The translations under genes and the position numbers were made by a program. A stretch of 63,730 nucleotides of DNA, filler included, from Octopus bimaculoides (lineage: Eukaryota): the NCBI RefSeq assembly GCF_001194135.2. It is 4 parts of 4 records of this genome, joined end to end, with 100 filler letters (N's around TTAATTAATTAA, not from the genome) between each part and the next. Parts side by side here need not be neighbours in the genome. Positions count along the whole stretch, not along the records: positions 1 to 19,167 come from NC_068994.1; 3 more parts are not named here. One strand, given 5' to 3'. The notes beneath the pieces were generated by a model. The model did not search any database, had not been told where the DNA came from, and worked only from the letters and a program-made list of their open reading frames with translations. Below are positions 1 through 12,143 of the stretch, piece after piece. Position 1 is the stretch's first letter, and each line of letters opens with the position of its first letter.

Positions 1-40
<40 letters not shown>

Positions 41-104
41 ATACACACTTACATATGTGTGTGTGTGTGTGTGTCTATACATGTTTATGTGTTTGTGCAC
101 ATGT

Positions 105-312
105 GTGTGTGTGTTTGTCTCCCCACAATCGCTTGACAACCGATGCTGATGTGTTTAGGTCCCCGTAACTTAGCAGTTTGGCAAAAGAGACCAATAAAAT
201 AAGTACTAGGCTTACAAAGAATTGAATTGATTTCTTCAACTAAAAAAACTTTTTTGGCACTGCGCCAGCATGGCTGCCATCAAATAACTGAAACAAGTAA
301 AAGAGTAAAAGA
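105..312 (+). mobile_element. SINE family A (tRNA-headed, internal microsatellite), 3' half
   Basis: Body GTTTGTC..CGCTTGACAACCGATGCTG..TAAGTACTAGGCTTACAAAGAA..ACTGAAACAAGTAAAAGAGTAAAAG matches the full copies at 9860 and 36350. Confidence 0.85.
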
Positions 313-1133
313 ATGAACTAAAGTACCAGTGAAGTACTTGGGTCGATCTAGTTGTCAATAACAGCTTTTTTTTTTTTTTTACAAAAATATAACCCCAAAA
401 TTGAATTCTTGTGCCAAGTATTAGGAATCAATATCGAAGTTGAAATCATGTTCTCTTACAAGTACGTTGTATGAGAAGCTTCAAATAACTGACAATATAC
501 AGGCAACAGCATTAGTTGAAGTAGAGTTTTTTCCCTTGGAAGGAAATTGGAGAAATGGAATATCTATATAGATAATAATATAGCCAGAATGGTGGATGAA
601 TTGATAAATAAATAGATTAATTGAGAGATTTATTGATAGATAAATTAATAGCTGAACAGACCAATAGACACGTGAATTAGACTGGCAGATAAATGGATTA
701 ACTGAAGTGAAATGAAAATAGCATAATGAAGAAAAAGACGGTTAAATAGACAAAGAAAATTAAAGAGAGACACTGAGCTAGTTAATCTCTTCCCTAAAAT
801 ATTTTCTGGTCTTGTGTCTGACATCACAAGTAAATTTCTCTTCATGGTAATTCCTTGACCTGGGAGAAATAGAAACTAAATCTCCATCAAATCACAGAAT
901 GCACTTTTAAAAAATGAAGACTACAGTGGACAATATAGCATCTGGTCAGTTGCACAGCTAGTGTGTGTGTGTGTGTGCCAGCCGAGGTAGCCCCTGAGTT
1001 TCCTGCCCCTCTACCTTCCTGTGCCTCCCCACCTAAGCAGGCATAAACACCAGACCATAAAGTGTGTGTGTGTGCATGTATGCATATATGTGTATGAGTG
1101 TGTATGTGTTCATGTTTGTGCGTTTTTGTGTGG

Positions 1134-1173
<40 letters not shown>

Positions 1174-1624
1174 CACTGGCTTGTTGGTTTTCTTACTGAT
1201 GTAAAACACTGAAACACACACACACACACNNNNNNNNNNNNNNNNNNNNNNNNNNNNNNNNNNNNNNNNNNNNNNNNNNNNNNNNNNNNNNNNNNNNNNN
1301 NNNNNNNNNNNNNNNNNNNNNNNNNNNNNNNNNNNNNNNNNNNNNNNNNNNNNNNNNNNNNNNNNNNNNNNNNNNNNNNNNNNNNNNNNNNNNNNNNNNN
1401 NNNNNNNNNNNNNNNNNNNNNNNNNNNNNNNNNNNNNNNNNNNNNNNNNNNNNNNNNNNNNNNNNNNNNNNNNNNNNNNNNNNNNNNNNNNNNNNNNNNN
1501 NNNNNNNNNNNNNNNNNNNNNNNNNNNNNNNNNNNNNNNNNNNNNNNNNNNNNNNNNNNNNNNNNNNNNNNNNNNNNNNNNNNNNNNNNNNNNNNNNNNN
1601 NNNNNNNNNNNNNNNNNNNNNNNN

Positions 1625-1683
<59 letters not shown>

Positions 1684-1717
1684 GAGAGAGAGAAAGAGAC
1701 ACACACACGCGCATGCA

Positions 1718-1748
<31 letters not shown>

Positions 1749-2124
1749 GCACACATGCACACACACACATATGTGCATTTCAGTTTCTGCGCAACAAATC
1801 CATTCACACACAGGCCTTGTGAGTGGATTTGTAGAGGATACTTGACCAAGGTGATACAGAGTGGGATGGAACTCAAGACCACATGGTTGGAAAGCAAGCT
1901 TCTTAACTCTGATTTTCTCTCTTGGAGAGAACAGGAAGGTATGTGACCTATTACTTAGGTTGTTTGGCAACACAGTCCCAAGGTCATGGCTTTGATTCCC
2001 AGGCATTTTAGCACCACTTATTTTGGCATCAGTGATTCAGTGCTGACTTATTTGACCTCAGATGCTTTAATGTTTCTTTCTATCCCTCTGTCACCCTCTC
2101 ATTCTCCCTATCTGTATGAGTATA

Positions 2125-2236
2125 TTTCTTATTTTTCTATTGCCCACAAGGGGCTATACATAGAGGGGACAAACAAGGACAGACAAAGTGATTAAGTCGA
2201 TTACATCGAACCCGGTGAGTAACTGGTACTTAATTT
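2125..2236 (-). mobile_element. SINE family B (Nin/Deu-domain-like), 3' tail truncated by gap
   Basis: Reverse complement matches AAGTACCAGTT..GTAATCGACTTAATC..TGTCTGTCCTTGTTTGTCCCCTCT..CTTGTGGGCAATA seen at 49130-49225. Confidence 0.8.
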
Positions 2237-2905
2237 NNNNNNNNNNNNNNNNNNNNNNNNNNNNNNNNNNNNNNNNNNNNNNNNNNNNNNNNNNNNNNNN
2301 NNNNNNNNNNNNNNNNNNNNNNNNNNNNNNNNNNNNNNNNNNNNNNNNNNNNNNNNNNNNNNNNNNNNNNNNNNNNNNNNNNNNNNNNNNNNNNNNNNNN
2401 NNNNNNNNNNNNNNNNNNNNNNNNNNNNNNNNNNNNNNNNNNNNNNNNNNNNNNNNNNNNNNNNNNNNNNNNNNNNNNNNNNNNNNNNNNNNNNNNNNNN
2501 NNNNNNNNNNNNNNNNNNNNNNNNNNNNNNNNNNNNNNNNNNNNNNNNNNNNNNNNNNNNNNNNNNNNNNNNNNNNNNNNNNNNNNNNNNNNNNNNNNNN
2601 NNNNNNNNNNNNNNNNNNNNNNNNNNNNNNNNNNNNNNNNNNNNNNNNNNNNTTGCATGTGTGTGTGGGTATAGGTGTACATGTGTATGTATGTGTGTGT
2701 GTGCGCGCACGCGTGTATGTGTGTGTGTGTGTGTGTGCTTGCTTATGGGGGGGTGACCATGTGTGTGTGTATGAATGTGTGTGTGTGTGCGTGCGCGCGC
2801 TAATGTGTGTGTGTGTGCATGCGCTAGTGTGTGTGTGTGTTTGCCTCCAGTACAATAAATTTCTGTCTCCAAAACAAGTTGAATGTCCAGCGAGCCATAC
2901 GAAGT

Positions 2906-3165
2906 GGAGGCACGTGGCTTAGTGGTTAGGATGCTGGAGTCATGGTCGTAAGACTGTGATTTCAATTCCTTCAACAGGCAGCGCATTGTGTTCTTGAGCA
3001 AAACACTTCATTTCATGTTGCTCCAGTCCTCTCAACTGGCAAAACAAAGCAATCATGCAATGGACTGGCATGCCATCCAGATGTGGAATATATACACCAT
3101 GAAACTGGGATACTGGCTGTTGTTAGTCGTTACAACTTGAGAAGGTAACTTTACCATTACTTTAC
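2906..3165 (+). mobile_element. SINE family C (tRNA head plus CORE-like segment), near full length
   Basis: A-box-like TGGCTTAGTGG, degenerate B box, CORE-like TGTTCTTGAGCAAAACACTTCATTTCATGTTGCTCCAGTC; homologous copies at 18232 and 48573. Confidence 0.8.
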
Positions 3166-3409
3166 TATTACAGCCATACCAAATTGTCACCTTCCAAACA
3201 ACCACATACAATCACATCTCATTCTGTGAAGAAGATTACCAGCAGCAGCAGCAGCTGGGGATTAACCTAATGATGGATCAGTGTCCTATCTAGGGATCTG
3301 TTTTGTACGTTTAATCACTTAAAGCCTCAGAAATCAATATATGCTCCAGCCAAATAAGCTTGGAGAATTGATAAGACTTCAACTCAAATTTAGAGAGAAG
3401 TTTGGATGT

Positions 3410-3700
3410 ATTTTTACTTGTCTCAGTCCTTTGACTGCAGCCATGCTGGAGCACTGCTTTAAAGGATTTTAGTCAAAGAAATTGAACCCAGAACTTATTC
3501 TTTGTAAGCCTAGTACTTATTCCATTAGTTTCTTTTGCTGAACTGCTAGAATTACAGGGACATAAACACACCAGTGAGGTCGAGCAATGGTGAGAAATGG
3601 GAGGTGGGGACAAACACACACGCATGCATGCACACATGCATGCACACACAAACACATACACATGGGCTTCTTTCTGTTTCTGTCTACCAAATCCACACTG
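3410..3700 (-). mobile_element. SINE family A, 3' portion
   Basis: Reverse complement of family A body; CpG-decayed. Confidence 0.85.
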
Positions 3701-3702
3701 GC

Positions 3703-4075
3703 CTGCTGAGGACTGTGTCAAGTCCTCATTAAAGGCCTGTGATATGTAGGACACTGACTGGGAAAACAATGCCTGTCATCGCCATTGATGGAGGAAGCAG
3801 ATTAAGAAGGGGATCGACACTTTTGAGAGAGCACGTATCCAGCATGAAGAACTTAAGCGAGCTGCGCGAAAGCGCACGGCTCATATAGTGAATGGGGAAA
3901 GCTTGGTCTGCAATGTTTGCAGTCATGTATGCTTGTCAAGAGCAGGGCTCATTAGCCACCAATGGAGCCACAAATGCAAAATATAAGTTAGTCCTAGAGC
4001 GCACAATGTTCCTGAAGGTCAGCAATGGTCTTCCTCGGTCACGAGTGGATGGCCATCATCATGTATGTATGTATG
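3703..4075 (+). mobile_element. RTE-clade LINE 3' fragment with (ATGT)n tail
   Basis: Translates CVKSSLKACDM*DTDWENNAC..FERARIQHEELKRAARKR..LVCNVCSHVCLSRAGLISHQWSH (C-terminal CxxC..H zinc-finger-like motif typical of RTE ORF2); homologues at 57.1 and 57.6 kb. Confidence 0.85.
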
Positions 4076-4539
4076 TATGTATGGATGGATGGATGGATGC
4101 ATGCATGCATGCATGTATGTATGTATTCCTTGTATTGAAGCAGACAAACACAGCCTCCATAACAGATTAAGTCAAAAGCCATTGAAAAGTTTGCAATTAG
4201 CAACGAAAGAGCTTTAACAAAAGCAAAAACAAAACAAAACAAATGACTTACTGTTTAACCAAATTAAACAAACAATTGATTAGTTACTTAGGTATTTAAC
4301 CAGTTCACTAATAATAAGGGAATGGAACTGGACCTGTGTGAGTGTTAATTATATTGGCATGATGACTTTCCCTAGACACAACAAAATTTGTTTCGACACA
4401 CAAATTCACATAAAGAATATTGCAAACCAGATACAAAAATGAAGCATTATATATGTATTATCATGTAATATATGTATTATTATGTAATAATTAAATCATA
4501 TATTATGCATTTTATTGTGTTTTGTTATGTGCATGATCT

Positions 4540-4610
4540 TCCGGTCCATGGAAAAAAATATCTTGTGTAACACTGGTCCAAGCGGCAAAAAAAAACTGGG
4601 GATTGCTGCC
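4540..4610. mobile_element. Possible hAT/Charlie-type MITE terminus
   Basis: CCGGTCCATGGAAAAAAATATCTTG..ACTGGTCC..AAAAA..TGGGGATTGCTG resembles the recalled hAT-Charlie end (..GGTTGGGGACCGCTG); partner end not found. Confidence 0.45.
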
Positions 4611-5159
4611 TTAGGAAATAGATTTTCAGCAATGTTTGTGAATCTTTTTTCCCCTCTTAATCATAAACTTATGAGAGTCTCCCTTTAAAAGTATTCCTGT
4701 TTCCAAGGACAAAGTCTTTCTGCTTTACTTTGACTCTAACTTCACTTGTGTATGGTTAAGAAGTCTACTTTACAACTACATAGCTTTAAGTTTTATTCTA
4801 TAGCACATTATCTTTGACAAACATCTTCTTGCAAGAGTTTTGCATTGACAAGCATGGATATTAATGAGTGATTCCGTTGTGAGCAAGGAAGGGGTGTACA
4901 TGTGTATAAGCTGAGTGACACTGGGAATAGCCAAATAGTTAGAAATTTCACTTTACAATCATGTGGTCCAAGATCCTCTTCCACTATGTGGCAGCATTAG
5001 CAAGCATTTTCTACCAACGCATCAGGTGCAGAGACACTTTTGAAGCCCATCAGATGCATTCTGTCTGCAATTCAAATGCTAGCCTTGCCACACACTACAG
5101 AAATGGTACACAAATTCTGTATGAAGATTCCATAAAGTGTCAGTGAAATATGTAGGAAC

Positions 5160-5530
5160 ATACATCTCCAGAGACATACAACAAAATGACTATTCTCTGT
5201 CAGTCACTTACTGTATCTTGAATGTCTTGTTTCTATGGACATTGACACACTACGGCTTCGAAATCAAGGAGTTGACTTGGTAGGAACCCATAAGATTATC
5301 CAACATCTTCCCAACATCAACTCTGATCATTTTTTTAAATTCAATCTCTCAGCCATCAGTTGACATGCTTATATTATCAAAAGACAGAGCAGCACCCATG
5401 ACATTTTGAAACATCTCTTTTTTCATGCTCAGAATTGTTGAAGCATAGAATAAATTACCAGTATAATCTGTTAGCTGTCAGGGCACTACATCCTTCAAAA
5501 GCTCCATATACCCCAGAATTCACCAACTCT
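5160..5530 (+). mobile_element. CR1/L2-group LINE, degenerate RT C-terminal fragment
   Basis: With frameshifts and stops: LQRHTTK*..MDIDTLRLRNQGVDLVGTHKIIQHLPNINSDHFFKF..FMLRIVEA*NKLP..SFK, matching the CR1-type pattern QRRATK..RRLRGDLI..KI..FF..RV..WN.LP..FK. Confidence 0.75.
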
Positions 5531-5996
5531 GTTCATGATGTGCTTGCGCCTCCTTTCTTCTCAATGGCCCTTTTACTATTCACTCTTCTGTCTATGCATG
5601 TTTTAATCTGTGTACTGTGCATGCATTTTAGGCTTTTATTACTGTCTTTCTTCAGTTGAATTGTTGCTGTTTGTTGTCATCTCTTTTACATTTTTCCAAT
5701 GAGTTGTAAACTGTATGCAACAAGCTCATTATAATAATTAATTCAAGGAGAAGATAGTTTGTTTGACTGAAAAGCTAGAAGCTCACTGTTGAAACCAAAT
5801 GGTGTAAATCAGTGCAGTGAGTTACATCCCTTTATACCGAAAAACATAAAAAGAAAAATTTAATCCCAGCCATTCAATGAATACAGATCAATAAAATAAG
5901 TTTGCACGCTAAGTACTGTGGTTGATACAACAGACTAAAAAAAAAATCCCTTGAAGATGGTCCCCGAGTATCATCACAGTCCAGTGACTGATAGCA

Positions 5997-6265
5997 GTAG
6001 ATGGAAACTGGAAGAAGCCTGTCGTGTATATATGTATATATATATATATATATATATAGGTTTGTGTGTCTGTGTTTGTCCCCCCAGCATCGTTTGACAA
6101 CTGATGGTGGTGTGTTTACGTTCCCGTAACTTAGCGGTTTGGCAAAAGTGACCGATAGAATAAGTACTAGGCCTACAAAGAATAAGTCCCGGGGTTAATT
6201 TGCTCGACTAAAGGCGGTGGTCCAGCATGGCCACAGTTAAATGACTGAAACAAGTAAATGAGTAA
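5997..6265 (+). mobile_element. SINE family A, 5'-truncated
   Basis: GTAGATGGAAACTG..(TA)n..ACTGAAACAAGTAAA; followed by a family C 3' fragment (6265-6375). Confidence 0.85.
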
Positions 6266-7032
6266 TCCTGCAACAGACTGGCATCCCATCCAGGTGGGGT
6301 ATATATACGCCACACAAACTGGGAAACTTGTTCTATAAGTCTATATGACTTGGAAAAGATTTTTGTCCTTTATTATCCTACAAAATTTAATACCTTGTGC
6401 CTGCATTAGAAACGAACATTATTATTAGTGTTGTTTACATTAACATTATCTAACTTGGACAAATCGTGTGAGAAACTAAGAAGAAAATGACAGTTTTAAA
6501 AATATTTAAACCATCGTTAATGATAGGAAATCTTCTCTTTCTGACACATATCATAGATTTCCAGCTGATGTACACAACTAAATTTGATGAAGAGTCAAAA
6601 AATATTTTTCCAATGAATAGAGAAACATGGCAACTTCTATGACAATGCTGAAGTAGGTTCCTGCTGTTAAGTCTGCAAAGCTAGGATGTTGTGTTTGAGT
6701 CTATGGCAGCCGTAGTAAATGTCACCATTTTCAGTGTAATGATAAATTAAAAGTATAATATATAGAATTAGAGAAAACGAAATAAGGCCATGATCAATAA
6801 CAGATTAATGTTGGTATAGACATAAAAGTTCATGAAATATGGTCAGAATACATTTATAACTTCCAGATTATGTACAGACAAGAAGTCTTAGGTAGCAACA
6901 AAGAGGTCTACACACATGCTCACACACAATCGCTCACCTGTGTGTGTACGCATGTGTGTGTGTGCGGGTGTGAGTGTGCATGTGATTGTATGTATGTATT
7001 TATGTATATATGTATATATGATGTGTCTGTAT

Positions 7033-7063
<31 letters not shown>

Positions 7064-7879
7064 CACACATCTATATATATATATATATACATAAAACTTA
7101 TAAATATACATATATATGTATATATACATATACATATATATATATNNNNNNNNNNNNNNNNNNNNNNNNNNNNNNNNNNNNNNNNNNNNNNNNNNNNNNN
7201 NNNNNNNNNNNNNNNNNNNNNNNNNNNNNNNNNNNNNNNNNNNNNNNNNNNNNNNNNNNNNNNNNNNNNNNNNNNNNNNNNNNNNNNNNNNNNNNNNNNN
7301 NNNNNNNNNNNNNNNNNNNNNNNNNNNNNNNNNNNNNNNNNNNNNNNNNNNNNNNNNNNNNNNNNNNNNNNNNNNNNNNNNNNNNNNNNNNNNNNNNNNN
7401 NNNNNNNNNNNNNNNNNNNNNNNNNNNNNNNNNNNNNNNNNNNNNNNNNNNNNNNNNNNNNNNNNNNNNNNNNNNNNNNNNNNNNNNNNNNNNNNNNNNN
7501 NNNNNNNATATATATATATATATTTACCAACTCACTCTCAGACAATAACAACGATGACATAATACTTACATTCATATGTGCACCTATACATACTGTCTGT
7601 ATGTGGCTATCTAAGCTAGTCATGCAGGAGACTATTCACCACAAACTAATGAATACTTTCCTTGATAACATTACTATAAAACTAACCTGGTTAAATAACT
7701 GTCAGTTTTCTTTCTGTTGCCAAAATGTAAACTTACAAATGATTATAATAATATCAAAGTTGAGATATAAAATTGACAAATATGAAATGAAGTATACTGC
7801 TGAAGTCCTGTATGGCTAAGACAGACAACTGGTGTGAATTACTGCAGGCATTAAATATTCTTTTCTACTCTAGGTACAA

Positions 7880-8065
7880 AGCTTGAAATCTTCGGGGAGG
7901 GGGGCCAGTCGATTAGATCAACCCCAGTATGCAACTGGTACTTAATTTATCAACCCTGAAAGGATGGAAGGTAAAGTTGAGCTCGGCAGAATTTGAACTC
8001 AGAACGTAAAGGCAGGTAAAATATTGCTAAGCATTTTGTCTGGGATGCTAATGTTTCTGACAGGC
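7880..8065 (-). mobile_element. SINE family B (Nin/Deu-domain-like)
   Basis: Reverse complement of TTCTGAGTTCAAATTC..CTTTCCATCCTTTCAGGGTTGATAAATTAAGTACCAG. Confidence 0.8.
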
Positions 8066-8194
8066 ATTAGATTTTATTAAATGATTAGGGAGGATTTGTT
8101 AATCTGTTGTACAGAATGGATAACTAGATACTGGAATGCAAAGTGCTTTGAGGTTAAGACAAATAGGTAGGTAGGTGCTCTTTTATTCTTTTAC

Positions 8195-8408
8195 TTGTTT
8201 CAGTTGTTTGATTGTGGCCATGCTTGAGCACCACCTTGAAGGGTTTTAGCTGAACAAAATCAACCGCAGAACTTGTTTTTTGTTTTTTTTTTGTAAGCCT
8301 TAGTACTTATTTTACTGGTCCCTTTTGCTAAACTACTAAATTACAGGGACATAAGTACACCAATTCTGGTTGTCAAGCAGTGAGGTGGATACAAACACCA
8401 ACATAAAG

Positions 8409-8439
<31 letters not shown>

Positions 8440-8520
8440 TAGACACATAGATACATATATGCATATACAACAGGCTTCTTTCAGTTTCCATCTACCAAAT
8501 CCACCCTCAAGATTTTGGTT
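8195..8520 (-). mobile_element. SINE family A, CpG-decayed copy
   Basis: Reverse complement of family A body with internal (CA)n. Confidence 0.8.
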
Positions 8521-8733
8521 GGAGCCTCATGGTGGTGGCGACCTCTGTTGTACTCTTACACCTCAACTTTCTCTCACTCTTTCTTCTTGTTTCTTGAGCA
8601 ACACTGCGATGGACTGGCATCCCGTCTAGCTGGTGGGGAACACATCCTCCATAAAAACTAGAAAACTGGGCCCATGAGCTTGGCTAGGTTTTAAAAGAGC
8701 ACATAAATAAGTAAAAAGTGTTGCATATTATTA

Positions 8734-8930
8734 ATCATCATCATCATCATCATCATTTAACGTCTGCTTTCCATGCAGGCATGGGTTGGATGATCTGACA
8801 TGGAACTGGCTAGCAGGGAGCTGTCTGGACTCCAACTATCTGTTGTGGTATGGCTTCTATGGCTGGATGCCGTTCCTAACACCAGCCACTTAAAAGAGTG
8901 TGGTGGGTGCCTTTTACTAATTTATCACCA
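8734..8930 (-). mobile_element. LINE 3' tail with (GAT)n end (RTEX-like)
   Basis: Reverse complement of ..CCCATGCC(T/A)GCATGGAAAGCAGACGTTAAATGATGATGAT; homologous to 17175-17441 and 18975-19142. Confidence 0.7.
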
Positions 8931-9581
8931 TCTTGGGCATATGCCCTTTTTCAAGACATGTAAGGGTGAGACTAAAAAAGAAAGCAATCCATATGTTCTT
9001 AAATAGAAATCATAGTCAGTGAATAAGATGAGAATGTAGTCTGGAATCTCAATTAGAATGAGAAGAGGAAATGAAAAGCTCAGTCACAAATCAAAGTTGT
9101 GCAGCAGATTTGACTTACCAGGAGCTTATCAAGCAAAAGAAGGAACCTCTATGTGATCACTTAGCCTGCCAGAAATAACAGCTAAATATCCCTTAAATCA
9201 CAGTCCACTATCTTAGAAAGGGACACATTGAATAATGTGGTCTTGGGTTCCATGTACATAAGAAAAAGGAAGAATGATCTTGATCATAGATCAACTCAAT
9301 CAGAACTTACTTGGACTCAAACAACAATAAAAAAACACCAGCCTATCATTACTCTACGATATTCACACTGAATTTGATTATCATTCTGTAAAAGATCAAC
9401 ATTTTGCTAGAAACTGCCAAACACCAAATTAATAAACTATCCAGTCTCAATAGAAACTATTGACCATAAATATTTGTGTGTAAACAAAGAGTGATGAAAT
9501 GGTATCTACAAAGAAAAATATGTTGCCAAAATGAAAAGAAAAGGACATGTCCACAGAAATATCACAAGTGATATAATATCA

Positions 9582-9800
9582 TTAACCCTTTAGCATTTAA
9601 ACTGGCCATATTTTGGCCCAAATTTTCTGCCTGCTCTATATTCAAACTCACCAGATTCAACCTCCCACATCTACCCTACGAGGCCTTTCCAAAAATAAGA
9701 AATCACATCATTGAAACAGTGAAGCTACAAAATAATGCTTGATTAATTCAAAACGATGTAAATAAATAAGCATTAAATTGGACAGAGTAAGGATATAAAG
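9582..9800. mobile_element. Partial piggyBac-like MITE (TTAA-CCC start)
   Basis: Begins TTAACCCTTTAGCATT; the expected matching end AATGCTAAAGGGTTAA is not present intact. Confidence 0.45.
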
Positions 9801-9859
9801 CATTAAAGCTATAAATCACATTTAAGAAAAATTTGGAATGCGTGTCACAAATACTTATA

Positions 9860-10259
9860 GGCGCAGGAGTGGTTGTGTGGTAAGTAGCTTGCTTACCAGC
9901 CACATGGTTCTGGGTTCAGTCCCATTGCGTGGCACCTTGGGCAAGTGTCTTCTACTATAGCCTCGGGTCAACCAAAGCCTTGGGAGTGGATTTGGTAGAC
10001 GGAAACTGAAAGAAGCCAGTCGTATATATGTATATATATATATATATATGTTTGTGTATCTGTGTTTGTCCCCCCAGCTTTGCTTGACGACCGATGGTGG
10101 TGTGTCTGCGTCCCCGTAACTTGGCGGTTCGGCAAAAAGAGACCGATAGAATAAGTACTAGGCTTACAAAGAATAAGTCCTGGGGTCGAGTTGCTCGACT
10201 AAAGGCGGTGCCCCAGCATGGCCGCAGTCAAATGACTGAAACAAGTAAAAGAGTAAAAG
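9860..10259 (+). mobile_element. SINE family A, full length
   Basis: tRNA-like head GGCGCAGGAGTGGTTGTGTGG..GGGTTCAGTCCC, CORE-like GCACCTTGGGCAAGTG, internal (TA)n, tail ACAAGTAAAAGAGTAAAAG; most CpGs retained. Confidence 0.9.
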
Positions 10260-11104
10260 TGTAAGTAATTGAAAACCTGTAACTCATCAATGAATGTATT
10301 CTAAAGAAAAATTAAATTGTAACCTTGCCATGCAATACTGGGTAGCATTTGCATAAACAATAGTAGCAGCTAAGAAGAAGAACTGCTGGCTAATTATGAA
10401 TGTAAATATTATGAATAAACCATATAAATACTGATTAAATAGCTTCTTCCAAGATTACTGCATAACAATGTGGTCAGTAACGAACAATGTGGTCAAGCAG
10501 GAAACAAAACATATTGAGTTTAGCACTGTGCCAAATAATTCATCTTCAAAGTGAAACAGTTGTTGAAGTACTGTCGAAGCCTGGCAGTGTAGTTTGGCTT
10601 ATATAAGAAGTCATTTAATTCTTCTTTGGTATAATGTGGTTGTTGATGTCTTTGCATATACCAAGTTTCCAACACCTACAGTCAGCAGAACTGTAAGCAC
10701 TGAAGCAGTGAACATTGAAGCAAACACTGTAATCACAAACAAAATTATGTTATAGAAATATTTCAGTCTCTCTTTTCACTCTAACAGTGGAACTCTTGTC
10801 AGATCATTAAGAGTGATTGGAGTAATTAAACCAATGCTATTCACAACATATTCACAGACAGTCGACACCACTCTCTTATTTCTACACTTACACTTTATCT
10901 TTTTTTTTTTTTTGCTTTTGTTTTTGTTCTTTGTTTTGTTAGAGTGTTGAGAAGCAATTAGACTGGGCCACAGCATTCCCAAAGGATGGATTTAGGAATC
11001 GAAAACAACCAGAATAAAGCTTTGATATCGAGTAGTCAATAGAAATGAAATCCAAAAACAGAATGAGGGAATATTGGTTTCATATTTTGGCACAAAATCA
11101 GCAC

Positions 11105-11295
11105 TCTTAGGGGAGGGGCAGGTTGTTTACATCAACCCCAGTGCTCAACTGGTACTTATTTTATCAACCCCAAAAAGAACAAAAGGCATAGTCATCCTTA
11201 GTAGGATTTGAACTCAGACCATAAAGATGGATGAAATGCTCCAAAGCATTCTGCCCGACATTCTAACAATTCTGCCAGTTCACCGCCTTAAGAAT
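11105..11295 (-). mobile_element. SINE family B, CpG-decayed
   Basis: Reverse complement of Nin-like domain, ending ..CTGCCAGTTCACCGCCTT (reverse of head AAGGCGGCGAGCTGGCAG). Confidence 0.8.
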
Positions 11296-11764
11296 AAGGA
11301 AATATTAATATTAGAGTGACCAATTTATGTTCCCTTAAGAGTATTCAGAAATAATTACAACTTTGAAAATATTGTGATGCACTTTAGGTATGAAATTTAT
11401 ATATTTTAGCCAATAAATATATAAATAGTTTAAACAACAGAATGTTATTAAGTACTTAATTGCTTAGTCAATAAATGAAGTTTAGTTATCAATGAGCAAT
11501 GTGATCTAGATATTTTTGGCAATGTTTTTCTGCTTTAACATATTTAGTTTGCTTGAGATGTTTACAATTTTATTCTGTATTATATTTTGACTTTCTTTTT
11601 ACAATATCAGTTTGTATGTTACACAATTTTCAATATATAATTCTAATATTTATGTGGCCTGAAAGATGTGACCAGGTAGAATTGTTAATGTGTTGGAGAA
11701 AAATAATTTAGTGGCATTTCTTTGGGTATTCTATGTTGTGAGCTCTAATTCTGCTATGGTCAGC

Positions 11765-11962
11765 TTTTACTCTTTTATTTGTTTCAGTCATTTGACTGCA
11801 CATGCTGGAGCACTGCCTTTAGTCGCACAAATCGACCCCAGGACTTATTCTTTGTAAGCCTATTCTACCGGTTGCCAAAGCACTAAGCTATGGAGACGTA
11901 AACACATCAGCATCAGTTGTCAAACGATGGGAGTGGGACAAACACAGACACACAAATATATG

Positions 11963-12002
<40 letters not shown>

Positions 12003-12143
12003 TATATGATGAGCCTCTTTCAGTTTCTGTCTACCAAATCCACTCATGATGCTTTGGTTGGCCTGAAGCTATAGTAGAAGACACTTGCCCAAGATGTCAC
12101 GCAGTGGGACTGAACCCGGATCCATGTGGTTGGTAAGCAAGCT
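11765..12143 (-). mobile_element. SINE family A, near full length
   Basis: Reverse complement match to 9860-10259. Confidence 0.88.
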
